In this document: positions 49,829-62,598 of the stretch, one piece after another | Position numbering within the stretch: the stretch's first letter is position 1 | Layout: every line of letters begins with the position of its first letter | Origin: an uncultured Actinomycetes bacterium | GTDB taxonomy: Bacteria > Actinomycetota > Thermoleophilia > UBA2241 | Direction: 5' to 3' | DNA: 64,000 bases | Assembly: GCA_963709345.1 (NCBI GenBank) | Contig: CAVPVX010000007.1 | Span: 224,001 to 288,000 of the forward strand | Notes under the pieces: model-generated | The model's input: the letters and a program-made list of their open reading frames with translations, nothing else | The model's database searches: none | What the model was told of the DNA's origin: nothing | Position numbers and translations under genes: made by a program

Positions 49829-50542
49829 TCAGCCATCCGAGGTATCCAGCTCGGAGTCGAGCTGCACCTGGTCGGCCTCATCGTCGGGGAGGAAGACCTT
49901 GATGAGCTCCCGCTCCTTGCCCGGCTCCAGGAGGCACAGAACGTAGTCGCCGGGCAAGATCTCCGTGGAACCTCTGACCAGGAGGGCGTGGCCGGCACGG
50001 ACGATGGCCGCGAGCAGCACGCCGACGGGCAAGGCGATGTCCTGCACGTACGTGTTCGCGAAGGGGGAGTTCTCGCTGACCTCGAGCTCCACCAGCTCGA
50101 CGTTCTGCTTGCGCAACGAGAGCAGGTGCACGAACTTGTGCACCGGCAACTCGTGCATGATCAGATTGAGCATGGCCGTCGTCGCGCACACCGTCGACTC
50201 GACGCCCAGCAGATCGAAGCTCGGCTGGTTGAAGGGGTTGTTCACGCGGGCGACGATCTTGGGTACCCCGAACTTGAGCTTCGCGACCTGCGAGATGATG
50301 ATGTTGTCCTCGTCGTCACCCGTGACCGCGACGATCATGTCGCAGCGGCCGATCCCGGCCTTCTCGAGGACCCAGATCTCGGTGCCGTCGCCAAAGACGA
50401 GCGACTCCTCCAGCAGCTCCTCCTCGATGAGGTCGTAGCGCGTCTTGCGCTGCTCGACCAGGACGATCTCGTGGCCCAGCTTGCGCAGTTGCCGCGCCGT
50501 GTTCAGCCCGACCTTGCCGCCTCCTACGATGAGCACGAACAT
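49829..50542 (-). CDS. trkA: TrkA-family potassium uptake regulatory subunit (RCK_N + RCK_C)
   Basis: IVGGGKVG, GDGTE, VTGDDEDN, VARVNNP. Confidence 0.9.
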   Translation of the reverse strand: MFVLIVGGGKVGLNTARQLRKLGHEIVLVEQRKTRYDLIEEELLEESLVFGDGTEIWVLEKAGIGRCDMIVAVTGDDEDNIIISQVAKLKFGVPKIVARVNNPFNQPSFDLLGVESTVCATTAMLNLIMHELPVHKFVHLLSLRKQNVELVELEVSENSPFANTYVQDIALPVGVLLAAIVRAGHALLVRGSTEILPGDYVLCLLEPGKERELIKVFLPDDEADQVQLDSELDTSDG

Positions 50543-50545
50543 CGC

Positions 50546-50968
50546 TCAGCCCTCCGCTGCGGGGAGTTGACAGGCACGCACCGCGTCGAACAGGGCGACG
50601 CGCACGTCTCGGGTCGGACACACGGTGCGGATGCCGGCCTGCGCGAAGAGCTCGGCGCGCAGCGGATCGTAGACGCGAGCGACCGCGCACTTGATGCCGT
50701 ACCTCTTCTGGGCGATCTGGGCGATCACGATGTTGGTGTTGTCGCCGTCGGTGCAGGCGACGAAAGCGATGGCGCGCTCGATGCCGGCCCGGCGGAGGGA
50801 ATCCCAGTCGAGCGCCCGGCCGACGACGAACTCGCCGGGGAAGTCGTCACCCAGCAGATGGAAGGCATCCGGGCTGTCGTCGATGATCGAGACGTCGAAA
50901 CCCTGATTGACGAGGTCGCGAGCCAGCCCCGAGCCGACGCGCCCGCAGCCGGCGATGACTACATGCAT
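50546..50968 (-). CDS. TrkA-N (RCK_N only) protein
   Basis: IAGCGRVG, TDGDNTN, VARVYDP.RA. Confidence 0.88.
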   Translation of the reverse strand: MHVVIAGCGRVGSGLARDLVNQGFDVSIIDDSPDAFHLLGDDFPGEFVVGRALDWDSLRRAGIERAIAFVACTDGDNTNIVIAQIAQKRYGIKCAVARVYDPLRAELFAQAGIRTVCPTRDVRVALFDAVRACQLPAAEG

Positions 50969-50978
50969 GGTTCACCTC

Positions 50979-53162
50979 TCATTGGCGGGCCGATGAGTCA
51001 CCGGCGGAGTGAGGGCCCGGACCGCTGTCGTCGCCCGGCTGCGGCCGGGTGGACGGAGTATCGCCGTCTGCCTCCCCGGACCCCTCGACGGGATACCCCT
51101 TGAGGACGATGTCCAGAAGCACCTCGCAGGGAGCGTGGTCGACCACGTAGTCGGTGGTGCGGCCGAAGACGCGGTCGGCGATGCGCCGCTTGCGCATGGT
51201 CCCGAGGATGATGACCTCCGACCGGCGGATGGCCGCTTCCTCGACGATCGCCTTGCCCGCCGAGCGGGCCGTCACGACGGTGGGCGTGAACTTCACCTTG
51301 AACTGTTTTGCGATGAGCGCCGCGGCGGCGAGGACTCGGTTCGCGCGAGCGCGTTCTTCCACCAGCCGCGCGTCCAGCGGCAGGTTGAGCGGCACCTCGA
51401 TCACGTAGAGGCCGTCGATGGCCGACTTCTTCTCGGTCGCGAGCTGGCAGGCGAGCACCATCATCTCGTCCGTGATCCTGGAGCCGACGATCGGCACGAG
51501 GATCTGATCGTAGTCGATGTCTTCCTGCATCGTCGTCGGCATCTTCGTCCTGCCGACGCTCCGCGTGATCGAGTACCCCCGGGCTCGCCGGTACACGACG
51601 TACATGGCGAGCCCGACCGCGAGCCAGGCGAAGCCGATCAGGCGGCTGTAGCCCTGGAAGGCGACGATGATCAGCCACACGCTGAAGGTGCCGAGGCCGC
51701 CGAAGACCGCCGTGAGCGGCAGGAGGCCGCCGCGGAAACGCACGTTGAACGGCGGCCGCCAGGGCCGCTCGAGGTTCGGCTCCTTGTACCGAAGGACGAT
51801 CAGCGAGACGTGCGCCGCGGTGAACGAGATCATCGAGCCGAACACGTAGAGGTCGGCGAGCAGCCCTATCTTTCCGGGCAGGATGAGCAGGCACGCGACC
51901 GCCCCGAAGACGATGATCGAGATGTACGGCGTCAGGCGCCGGGCGTGCATGCGCGCCAGCACGGGCGGCAGCTGCTTGTGCTGGCCGAGCGAGTAGGTGA
52001 GCCGTGAGACGCCGATGAGCCCGGCGTTGGTCGCGATCAGCAGGATGGTGGCGGCGAGGATCGCGACCCAGGGCGCCAGTACTACCTTGAGCCACCCGAC
52101 GCTCTCGGGCATGAACAGCACCATGCCCAGGACGGGATCCTCCGCGTAGTTGCTGCCCAACTGCGTACCGTAGAGGCGCGTCACGCTCGCGCCGTCCACC
52201 ACCTCGACCTCGCCCTTGGGCTCCTGCGCCGGAATGACCGTGACGTCACCCTGCGTCTCGACAGGCGCGTACACGACGGCTTCCGGGTCGTCGGCGAGCA
52301 CCCACGTCCCCTTGGGCTCGCCCGGGACGACCTCCACAGGAACGGTGAGACCCGTCGCGGAGTCGACCGGTACGGTGTTGGCGCCCACACGCATCACCGA
52401 GAGGCCGGCGAGCGGCATACCGATGTAGACGATCAGTACGACGACGATGACGTAGTTGATGGCGCGCGGGACGTCCCGGCCGGGGTTGGACGCCTCCTCG
52501 GCCATGTTCGACACGGTCTCGATGCCGGTGTAGGCCACGGTGCCGATCGCCAGCCCGTAGAGGAACTCGCGCCACGTGGGCGCCACGCCCCAGTTGATCT
52601 GCTCGATCAGGATGCGAGGCTGGAGAAGCAGGACCAGCGCGATGACCATGATGAGCACCTGGGTCGCGAGATCCAGCATGGCCAGAAGGATGTTGAGCCG
52701 CGCCGCCTCCTTGATGCCGACGACGTTGATGACGACGAGGAGCAGAGCCGCGGCGATGCCCCCGATGGAACTGTACGGCCACTCCTTGAGGATGGGCCAG
52801 AAGTTTGAAAGGTAGAACGGTACGAACAGAGCCGAGATGGCGATGGTGGCGATGTAGACGAGCATCTGCCCCCAGCCGATGCCGAAGCTGACCAGTTCGT
52901 TGAAGGCCCGCCGCGCGAAGCTGGCGGCGCCGCCGGCCTCGGGCATCGCCGCTGTCGCCTCCGCGTAGGTCCAGGCGGTGGTCACGAACAGGACGCCGGT
53001 GATGACGAAGACGAGAGGCGTGGCGCCCATGGCCGCGGCCGCCACCACGCCGAGGGCGTAGTAGATCGATGAGCCGACGTTGCCGTATGCGGTGCTGAAC
53101 AGCGCCGGTACGCCGAGCACCCGGTGCAGATCCTCGCCCTCTCTGTGCTTACGTCGTGCCAT
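50979..53162 (-). CDS. APC-family permease fused to a universal stress protein domain (probable K+ transporter)
   Basis: GNVGSSIYYALG, YTGIE..SN.AEE, SRL.YS; C-terminal ILVP...FGRTTDYVVDHAPCEV. Confidence 0.85.
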   Translation of the reverse strand: MARRKHREGEDLHRVLGVPALFSTAYGNVGSSIYYALGVVAAAAMGATPLVFVITGVLFVTTAWTYAEATAAMPEAGGAASFARRAFNELVSFGIGWGQMLVYIATIAISALFVPFYLSNFWPILKEWPYSSIGGIAAALLLVVINVVGIKEAARLNILLAMLDLATQVLIMVIALVLLLQPRILIEQINWGVAPTWREFLYGLAIGTVAYTGIETVSNMAEEASNPGRDVPRAINYVIVVVLIVYIGMPLAGLSVMRVGANTVPVDSATGLTVPVEVVPGEPKGTWVLADDPEAVVYAPVETQGDVTVIPAQEPKGEVEVVDGASVTRLYGTQLGSNYAEDPVLGMVLFMPESVGWLKVVLAPWVAILAATILLIATNAGLIGVSRLTYSLGQHKQLPPVLARMHARRLTPYISIIVFGAVACLLILPGKIGLLADLYVFGSMISFTAAHVSLIVLRYKEPNLERPWRPPFNVRFRGGLLPLTAVFGGLGTFSVWLIIVAFQGYSRLIGFAWLAVGLAMYVVYRRARGYSITRSVGRTKMPTTMQEDIDYDQILVPIVGSRITDEMMVLACQLATEKKSAIDGLYVIEVPLNLPLDARLVEERARANRVLAAAALIAKQFKVKFTPTVVTARSAGKAIVEEAAIRRSEVIILGTMRKRRIADRVFGRTTDYVVDHAPCEVLLDIVLKGYPVEGSGEADGDTPSTRPQPGDDSGPGPHSAGDSSARQ

Positions 53163-53214
53163 GACCGCTAGCTTCGACCTCCACGTGGATCACGCGTTTC
53201 CGCCTCCGGCGCCA

Positions 53215-53376
53215 TCACGAGAGCATGCGCCAGCGCACCACGCTGAAGGCGACGAGCAGCACTCCGGCGATGAGCTGGACCGATACGGGCCACACCCCGC
53301 CCCACGCCCCACGCGCAATCAGGAGCACCCCAAGTGCCCCGCTGACGATCGTGGTGATCTTTCGTATGGTCCACAT
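53215..53376 (-). CDS. 53-aa two-TM membrane protein
   Basis: MWTIRKITTIVSGALGVLLIARG...LIAGVLLVAFSVVRWRMLS, upstream of the permease. Confidence 0.55.
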   Translation of the reverse strand: MWTIRKITTIVSGALGVLLIARGAWGGVWPVSVQLIAGVLLVAFSVVRWRMLS

Positions 53377-53502
53377 GGCAAGGGGATGGCCGACCCGCCG
53401 TAGGCGAGCCGGCCGATGTGCTCCGAATCTACCACCCGGAGCACCCTTGGACAAGCAGGGCGCGCAGGCGATCCCGGCACGCCGGCGTGCCGGCCGCCGA
53501 CG

Positions 53503-53539
53503 AAAGCGCGGCGGGCGGCCGAAGGGCCACCCGCCGCGC
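53503..53539 (-). terminator. Terminator hairpin after hppA
   Basis: GCGCGGCGGG...CCCGCCGCGC stem with TTT on the minus strand. Confidence 0.6.
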
Positions 53540-53581
53540 CGTCGACGCGGGGTCTCCCCCACGTTCACACGAGTGATTGCT

Positions 53582-55738
<2,157 letters not shown>

Positions 55739-55802
55739 TGCGTAGCTCCTTTCTACAACCCCTCACCACGCGAGCGTCGGGCGACGCCCGTGGTACTTGC
55801 CC

Positions 55803-56672
<870 letters not shown>

Positions 56673-56941
56673 GACTGCCTCCCTCTCGACAATGCGCCGC
56701 GGGAAGTATACAGGGCTGGCCACCGGGCACAAGCCCGGCACTCCGGGGTGACCGCCATTCGGAAAACGTGACCACATCGCGAGACTGCGACACGGACTCC
56801 ACACTCCCCGCAGTCCGCATCGGCGCCACAAAGCGACCGGAACGGATGAGGTGATAGTCTTCGGTGGCAGACGTGTACGATGACGGTCAGCGAGCCCGGC
56901 CGGCGTGTTCTGCGGCGGGCCTCTCTCGCGCAAAGGAGCGA

Positions 56942-57643
56942 ATGGTGCCGAAGAACAAGGTAGTCCCCATCGCGGAGGCGTTGTCCCACGTCGAGAGCGG
57001 CATGAGCATCGCCGTCGGCGGCTTCATCGGCCAGGGCGACCCGCTCACGATCATCGACCACCTCAAGACCATGGACGTGAGAGACCTCACGCTCTACGCC
57101 AACGACGCCGGCTACCGCGAGCGCGGCATCCTCGAGCTCGCGCGGCAGGGCAAGGTCAGGAAGATCGTCGCCAGCCACGTCGGTACCACCCCGTGGGTCG
57201 GCACGGCGATGATGGAAGGCAAGCTGGAAGTCGAGCCGGTCCCGCAGGGCACGCTGGCCGAGATGATGCGCTGCGGCGGCGCCGGTCTCGGCGGCTTCCT
57301 CACCCCGACCGGCGTCGGCACCATCGCCCAGGACGGCAAGGAGACCGTCGAGCTGGACGGGCGGACGTACATCCTCGTCCCATCCCTGCACTGCGACGTC
57401 GCCATCATCCGCGCCCACCAGGGCGACACCTGGGGCAACCTCACCTACCGCGGCACCTCGCGCAACTTCAACGTGCCGGCCGCGACGTGCGCCGACTACG
57501 TCATCGCCGAGGTCGAGAACCTCTACTGCCTCGGCGAACTGGACCCCAACCACGTGCACACTTCCGGCATCTTCGTCGACGCCGTGGTCCGTGCCGACAT
57601 CGACTACTGCGTGCTGCGTGAGGAGGCGATCACCAGTGTCTGA
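56942..57643 (+). CDS. Family I CoA-transferase subunit A (ScoA/AtoD-like)
   Basis: GMSIAVGGF, PQGTLAE..RCGGAG, TPTGVGT, GNL.Y..TSRNFN. Confidence 0.92.
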   Translation: MVPKNKVVPIAEALSHVESGMSIAVGGFIGQGDPLTIIDHLKTMDVRDLTLYANDAGYRERGILELARQGKVRKIVASHVGTTPWVGTAMMEGKLEVEPVPQGTLAEMMRCGGAGLGGFLTPTGVGTIAQDGKETVELDGRTYILVPSLHCDVAIIRAHQGDTWGNLTYRGTSRNFNVPAATCADYVIAEVENLYCLGELDPNHVHTSGIFVDAVVRADIDYCVLREEAITSV

Positions 57644-58304
57644 CGCGAAGAGGATCATCGCCGCCCGCGCCGGCGGCGAGCTCAAGGACGGGCAGATCAT
57701 CAACCTGGGCATCGGCCTGCCGACACTCGTGGCGAACTACGTCCCGGCGGGCGTCGACGTCATCATCCAGACCGAGAACGGCGCCATCGGCGTGGGTCCG
57801 CGCCCCGACGAGGGCTGCGAGGACCGCGACCGGGCCAACGCCGGCAACGCGCCGATCACCCTCATCTGCGGCGGCAGCTACTTCGACTCGGCGACCTCCT
57901 TCGGCATGATCCGCGGCGGCCACCTCGACGCCACCTTCCTCGGCACGCTCCAGGTCGACGAAGAGGGAAACATCGCCAACTGGACCGTGCCGGGCAAGAT
58001 GCTCGCCGGCATGGGCGGCGCGATGGACCTCATCACCGGCGCCAAGATCGTGCACATCGTCACGGAGCACTGCTCCAAGGACGGCGCCTCCAAGCTCATG
58101 AAGAAATGCAGCTTCCCGCTCACGGGCGCCAAGGAGTGCGACGTGATCATCACCGAGCGCGCGCTCTTCCGCCGCTACCCGGACAAGGGATTCGTGCTCG
58201 AAGAGGTCGCGAAGGGCTACTCCCTCGACGACATCGCCGCCTGCACCGACATGACCTACACGGTGGCCGACGACGTGAAGCTCGACGCGTACGGAGGGGC
58301 CTGA
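57636..58304 (+). CDS. Family I CoA-transferase subunit B (ScoB/AtoA-like)
   Basis: NLGIGLPT, catalytic QTENG, SFGMIRGGH, GMGGAMDL. Confidence 0.92.
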   Translation: MSDAKRIIAARAGGELKDGQIINLGIGLPTLVANYVPAGVDVIIQTENGAIGVGPRPDEGCEDRDRANAGNAPITLICGGSYFDSATSFGMIRGGHLDATFLGTLQVDEEGNIANWTVPGKMLAGMGGAMDLITGAKIVHIVTEHCSKDGASKLMKKCSFPLTGAKECDVIITERALFRRYPDKGFVLEEVAKGYSLDDIAACTDMTYTVADDVKLDAYGGA

Positions 58305-58333
58305 CGCCGCAGGCGATCAGGCACACGAGTCCG

Positions 58334-58380
58334 GCGGACGGCCGGCGTCTCCTCGCGGAGCCGCCGGCCGTCCGCGTTTT
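58334..58380 (+). terminator. Rho-independent terminator
   Basis: GCGGACGGCCGGCG / CGCCGGCCGTCCGC then GTTTT. Confidence 0.75.
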
Positions 58381-58439
58381 CGTCCATCCGCCACGCGGTA
58401 TCTGTCCTGCACGAGCGCACACCGCGAAGGGAGCACGCC

Positions 58440-58643
58440 GTGACCAAGCTGAAGAACGACTTCAGCCGCAAGGAGTGGAAGGACTGTTGCGGCAAAGGCT
58501 GCAAGAAGTGCGACATCGCCCAGGCGTACATCGGCGAGTACGGCCGCAAAGCGGGTCTCGAGAAGCTGAACGCCGACCGCAAGAGAGTCAAGAAGGGCGG
58601 CAAGAAGAACAAGAAGGGCGGCAAGAAGAAGGTGAAGGCCTGA
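58440..58643 (+). CDS. 67-aa Lys-rich protein with CCxxGCxxC motif
   Basis: AAGGGAG RBS, GC3-rich codons; tail KKGGKKNKKGGKKKVKA. Confidence 0.75.
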   Translation: MTKLKNDFSRKEWKDCCGKGCKKCDIAQAYIGEYGRKAGLEKLNADRKRVKKGGKKNKKGGKKKVKA

Positions 58644-58665
58644 CGCCGGGCCACGGGGCCTGCCG

Positions 58666-60243
58666 GTGACGCTCGCCGCGGCAGCGCACGACGGCGCGTC
58701 CTCCGAGACCGTCGCCTACCTGGACATCGGCACCAACAGCGCGCGCCTCATGGTGGTACGCATCGAGGCCGACCGCTCGTGGAGCGTGGTGACGATGCAG
58801 AAGGAGTCCGTGCGCCTCGGCGAGGGCGAATTCGGCGAGACCCGCGCGCTCCGGCCGGAAGCCATGGAGCGCGCGGCTGCCGTGTGTGCCCGCTTCGCCG
58901 ACCTCGCGCGGGTGCACCGCGCCACCCGCTTCGTCGCCGTGGCCACCGCCGCTACGCGCGAGGCCGGGAACCGGGCGGAGTTCGTGCGCCTCCTGCGAGA
59001 GACCGCCGGCCTCGACCTGCGCGTGGTCTCCGGCAAGGAGGAGGCGCGCCTCGTGTACCTGGGCGTGCTCAGCCGCGTCCACGTCGACGGGCGTGCCCTC
59101 GTCATCGATATCGGTGGCGGAAGCACCGAGATCGCCGTCGGCGACGCCGACGGAGCCGACCTTGTCGATTCCATCGCCCTGGGCGCCATCCGCCTGACGG
59201 CGGAATCTCCCCCGCCGCGACGTGACGGTAGCGTGCCGGCCCCGGCATACGACGAGATGAGACACCGCGTGCGCCTGGCCGGGGCCCACGCGCTGCGCGC
59301 CCTCGGGCGGCCCGGCGCCGCGGCCTACGCCACGTCGGGCACGGCGGTGAACCTCGCCGCTGTCGCCGCCAAGTCCCTGCATGACCGCACCCCGCACCGA
59401 GACGAGCCGCTCACGCGCGCCGATCTCCGCACGCTGGCGAAGCGCCTCCGCACCATGTCCGCGGACGAACGACGGCGCGTGCCCGGGCTGACGCCGGCGC
59501 GAGCCGACATCGTCGTGGCCGGCGCCGCGATACTCGAGACGCTCATGGACGAGCTCAGGCTCGGGCAGGTGACGGCGCTCGACGACTGCGGCCTGCGCGA
59601 GGGCCTGCTCCTGGACGACCTTGCGCGCGGCGACCACGGCGAGAGCTTCCTGGAGACCGGCGTGCGCGAGCGCAGCGTCCTGCAACTGGCACGCGCAACG
59701 TCGTTCGACGAGGCGCACGCCCGCCACGTCGCCGCGCTCGCCCTCGAGCTCTTCGACAGCGCCCGAGACGCCGGCCTGCACCATCTCGGTCCGCATGAAC
59801 GGGAACTGCTCGGATACGCGGCGCTGCTGCACGACATCGGCACGTTCCTCAGCTACACCCGCCATCATCAGCACACCTACTACCTGGTGAGGAACGCCGA
59901 GCTCGTCGGCTTCGACCAGAACGAGATCGGCATCCTCGCCGCGACGACGTACTTCCACCGCAAGGCCCGACCGGCCGGCCGGTACGAGGCGTTCACGGAC
60001 CTCGACCGGGCGTCGCGCAAGGTGGTGCGCAGACTCAGCGCGTACCTGCGCCTCGCGGAGTATCTTGACCGCGGGCACACGGGGTCGGTCGCGCACGCCC
60101 GTCTGTCCGGCGCGACGGACGGCGCGCTGCGTCTGGAGCTGACCCCGGCAGGCGATTGGCGCCTGGAGCGCTGGGCTCTCGAGCGCCGCCGGGAGAGCCT
60201 CGAGAAAGCCCTCGGCAAGAGACTCGAGACCGTGGTCGTCTGA
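58666..60243 (+). CDS. ppx: Ppx/GppA exopolyphosphatase with HD domain
   Basis: DIGTNS, ATAATREA.N, SGKEEA, DIGGGSTE, RADI, GLREG, LLHDIG. Confidence 0.93.
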   Translation: MTLAAAAHDGASSETVAYLDIGTNSARLMVVRIEADRSWSVVTMQKESVRLGEGEFGETRALRPEAMERAAAVCARFADLARVHRATRFVAVATAATREAGNRAEFVRLLRETAGLDLRVVSGKEEARLVYLGVLSRVHVDGRALVIDIGGGSTEIAVGDADGADLVDSIALGAIRLTAESPPPRRDGSVPAPAYDEMRHRVRLAGAHALRALGRPGAAAYATSGTAVNLAAVAAKSLHDRTPHRDEPLTRADLRTLAKRLRTMSADERRRVPGLTPARADIVVAGAAILETLMDELRLGQVTALDDCGLREGLLLDDLARGDHGESFLETGVRERSVLQLARATSFDEAHARHVAALALELFDSARDAGLHHLGPHERELLGYAALLHDIGTFLSYTRHHQHTYYLVRNAELVGFDQNEIGILAATTYFHRKARPAGRYEAFTDLDRASRKVVRRLSAYLRLAEYLDRGHTGSVAHARLSGATDGALRLELTPAGDWRLERWALERRRESLEKALGKRLETVVV

Positions 60244-60266
60244 CCGCCGGAGCCGGTCTGCCTGCG

Positions 60267-62117
60267 TCAGATCTCGGCGATCACCGTTGCCAGCTTACGG
60301 CTGAAATCGCTGCCGGCCACGATCGGCCAGACGTCGGGGAACCCGAGGACGAGGCCCTCCATCTCTTCCTGCCGCGCCGCCAGGTAGCGCGCGGCGCCGG
60401 GCGCCACGATCACCTCGATGGGACCCGGCAGGTCGTGCCCGGCATGGCGCCACGTCCCCCAGGTGATGTAGTCCCGCAGAACGCCGCTGGTGACCACGGC
60501 GTCCTGCAGGTCGCCGAGGTGGTCCTGCAGCCGCTTGACGCGCTTGATCAGCGGGCGGGCGCCCGGGCCGAGCACGCCCTCGAAGAACTCGAGCGTGTAC
60601 CGCAGGCCCTTGCACGCCTTGCGCAGCGCGTGGAACTGGGGAAGCGGGGTCTCGAGACCGCCGAACTGCCCCTCGAAGGCCCAGACCACGGCCATGTCCT
60701 TGTAGAGGACGCCGGGCAGGACCTGCGCGACGCGCTGGGGGCGCGGACCCGCGACCTCTCGCGGGGCGAGCGCCTCCACGGGGCAGTCGAGCAGTTCCGT
60801 CGCCCTCTCGACGAAAGCCCGATAGCGGCGTCCGTCGAGGTAGGTGACGAGATGCTCTCGCTGCCGGTCGCGCTCGGCCTTCCACGCCGCGAGCAGGCCG
60901 TCAAGGTCGCCGGCGCGATCGTCGGGAAGCCCGTCCAGATACACCTGGGTCTTCTCGTTGAAGACGTCGAGGTCGCGGACCGCGCCGAGCGTGCGCCCGG
61001 TGCGCCGCAGGCCTTTGAGGACCGGACGCAGCACCTGCGGGTCGAGGTAGTCGGCGAAGACGCGGAGCGCCATGCGCATGCGCCGCGTGGAGACGCGCAT
61101 GTCGTGGAGCTCCTCGGGATCCTCGCCGAGCCGCGTGCCCTCTTCGTGCTCGAGCATCTTCGCGAGGTGAAAGTGCAGCGTCTTGGCCGCGGCCTCCGTC
61201 ATCGTGTCCGACGGCAGGATGTCCGGGCGCTTCTTCTGCGCCGCGGCCGGGGCGGCCGCCGAGGCCGCGCCGGGATCGACGGCCTCGTCGCCGTAGATGC
61301 CCACGCGCTCCACACGGTAGCGCGCCAGCCAGTAGCGCACGCGCCGGTCGGACAGGCCGGCGATGCGCCCCGCCTCCACCTGCGACAGCCCGCGGTCGAG
61401 CGCCAGGAGCGCCTGGGCACGGCGAGCGCGCGCTCCCTCACCGGCGGCGTGCATCTCGTGAAGCGAGCGCTCCTCCGGCGTGAAGAGGATGCCGTCGTCA
61501 GCGGCGCCCGCCAACTCGAGAGCGCGCGTGAACTTGGCGCGGCCTTCGGAGATCAGGTCCCACTCGTCGCGCAGCACGATCGCGAGAGCCGTGACGTCGT
61601 CTTCGGTGCCGTGGCCGCGCGCCTCTACCTCGACCTCGAGCCAGGCGCGCTCGCCATCGGGCGTCGCGGCGGTCACCCGGTCGAGGCTGAGCTCAGCGGT
61701 CTCCCGGCCGTCCCGGCTCACCACCCTGGCTGTGCGGACCTGGGCCAGCGTGAGCAGCGGCTCGAGCGGCTCGCCGGCGGCCAGCAGTTCGACCCGTTCG
61801 CGGAGCGGACCCTCAGGCCACTCCGCAACGGGCACGTCGGCCGCGACCAGCGCCTCGAGTTCTTCGCGGCGCAGCACACCCTCGGACGGTGCTGCCAACT
61901 GCTTGAGCGTGAAGCGCACGCCGTCACCGGTCTCACGCCGGCGGAAGTAGTACCCCGAACCGAGGAAGCGCCGCTCCGGCGTGTCGAGAAACGTGTCGCG
62001 GTCGTGACGCGTCTCGCCGGGCGCGATGTCGTAGCCGGCGAGCGTCTCCGCCGCCTCGAGGCGCGCGAACACGGCGTCGTCCGGCACGAGGAACTTGGCT
62101 TCGACCTCCATCGTCAT
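60267..62117 (-). CDS. CYTH + HTH + CHAD domain protein
   Basis: EVEAKF (CYTH ExExK), LHDMRVSTRRMR, LGAVRDLDV, FHALRKACK.LRY, LQDHLGDLQD (CHAD). Confidence 0.88.
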   Translation of the reverse strand: MTMEVEAKFLVPDDAVFARLEAAETLAGYDIAPGETRHDRDTFLDTPERRFLGSGYYFRRRETGDGVRFTLKQLAAPSEGVLRREELEALVAADVPVAEWPEGPLRERVELLAAGEPLEPLLTLAQVRTARVVSRDGRETAELSLDRVTAATPDGERAWLEVEVEARGHGTEDDVTALAIVLRDEWDLISEGRAKFTRALELAGAADDGILFTPEERSLHEMHAAGEGARARRAQALLALDRGLSQVEAGRIAGLSDRRVRYWLARYRVERVGIYGDEAVDPGAASAAAPAAAQKKRPDILPSDTMTEAAAKTLHFHLAKMLEHEEGTRLGEDPEELHDMRVSTRRMRMALRVFADYLDPQVLRPVLKGLRRTGRTLGAVRDLDVFNEKTQVYLDGLPDDRAGDLDGLLAAWKAERDRQREHLVTYLDGRRYRAFVERATELLDCPVEALAPREVAGPRPQRVAQVLPGVLYKDMAVVWAFEGQFGGLETPLPQFHALRKACKGLRYTLEFFEGVLGPGARPLIKRVKRLQDHLGDLQDAVVTSGVLRDYITWGTWRHAGHDLPGPIEVIVAPGAARYLAARQEEMEGLVLGFPDVWPIVAGSDFSRKLATVIAEI

Positions 62118-62596
62118 CCACTCCCCAGAAGGGGCGGCGTGAGCAGCCACACGAGCTCTCCGCCGCCGGGTCGCGGAGCGTCGAGGTCGACCCTCGCCAG
62201 CCCGCCTTTCTTCAGCACCACCGCGCCGCCGCCGATGAGCTCGCCGACGGTGGCGCTGAGGTCGGGTTCGTGCCCGACCACCATCAGGGACTCGACGGGA
62301 GCATACGCCGCGATCAGCTTCGCCAGACGGCGCACGTCGAATCCGTGCGCGAGAGCGGCATCCTCGGAGGGGCTCTCGCCGAGACCGAGCTCGCCGGCGA
62401 CGATCTCGGCCGTCCGCCGGGCGCGCGCCAGAGGGCTGGTCACGATCCGCTCGACGGTGACGCCCATCTCCTTCAGCGCGCGCGCTTCGCGACGCATCGC
62501 CGCTTCGCCCTCGGGCGTCAGCGGCCGCTCGTCGTCGTCGCCGACCCACGCGGCTCGCCCGCCTGCCTTCCCGTGACGCAGGACGTACAGCCGCAT
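62114..62596 (-). CDS. sixA: Phosphohistidine phosphatase SixA
   Basis: LRHGKA, DDERPLT.EG, SPLARA..TA, VGHEP. Confidence 0.9.
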   Translation of the reverse strand: MRLYVLRHGKAGGRAAWVGDDDERPLTPEGEAAMRREARALKEMGVTVERIVTSPLARARRTAEIVAGELGLGESPSEDAALAHGFDVRRLAKLIAAYAPVESLMVVGHEPDLSATVGELIGGGAVVLKKGGLARVDLDAPRPGGGELVWLLTPPLLGSG

Positions 62597-62598
62597 CA

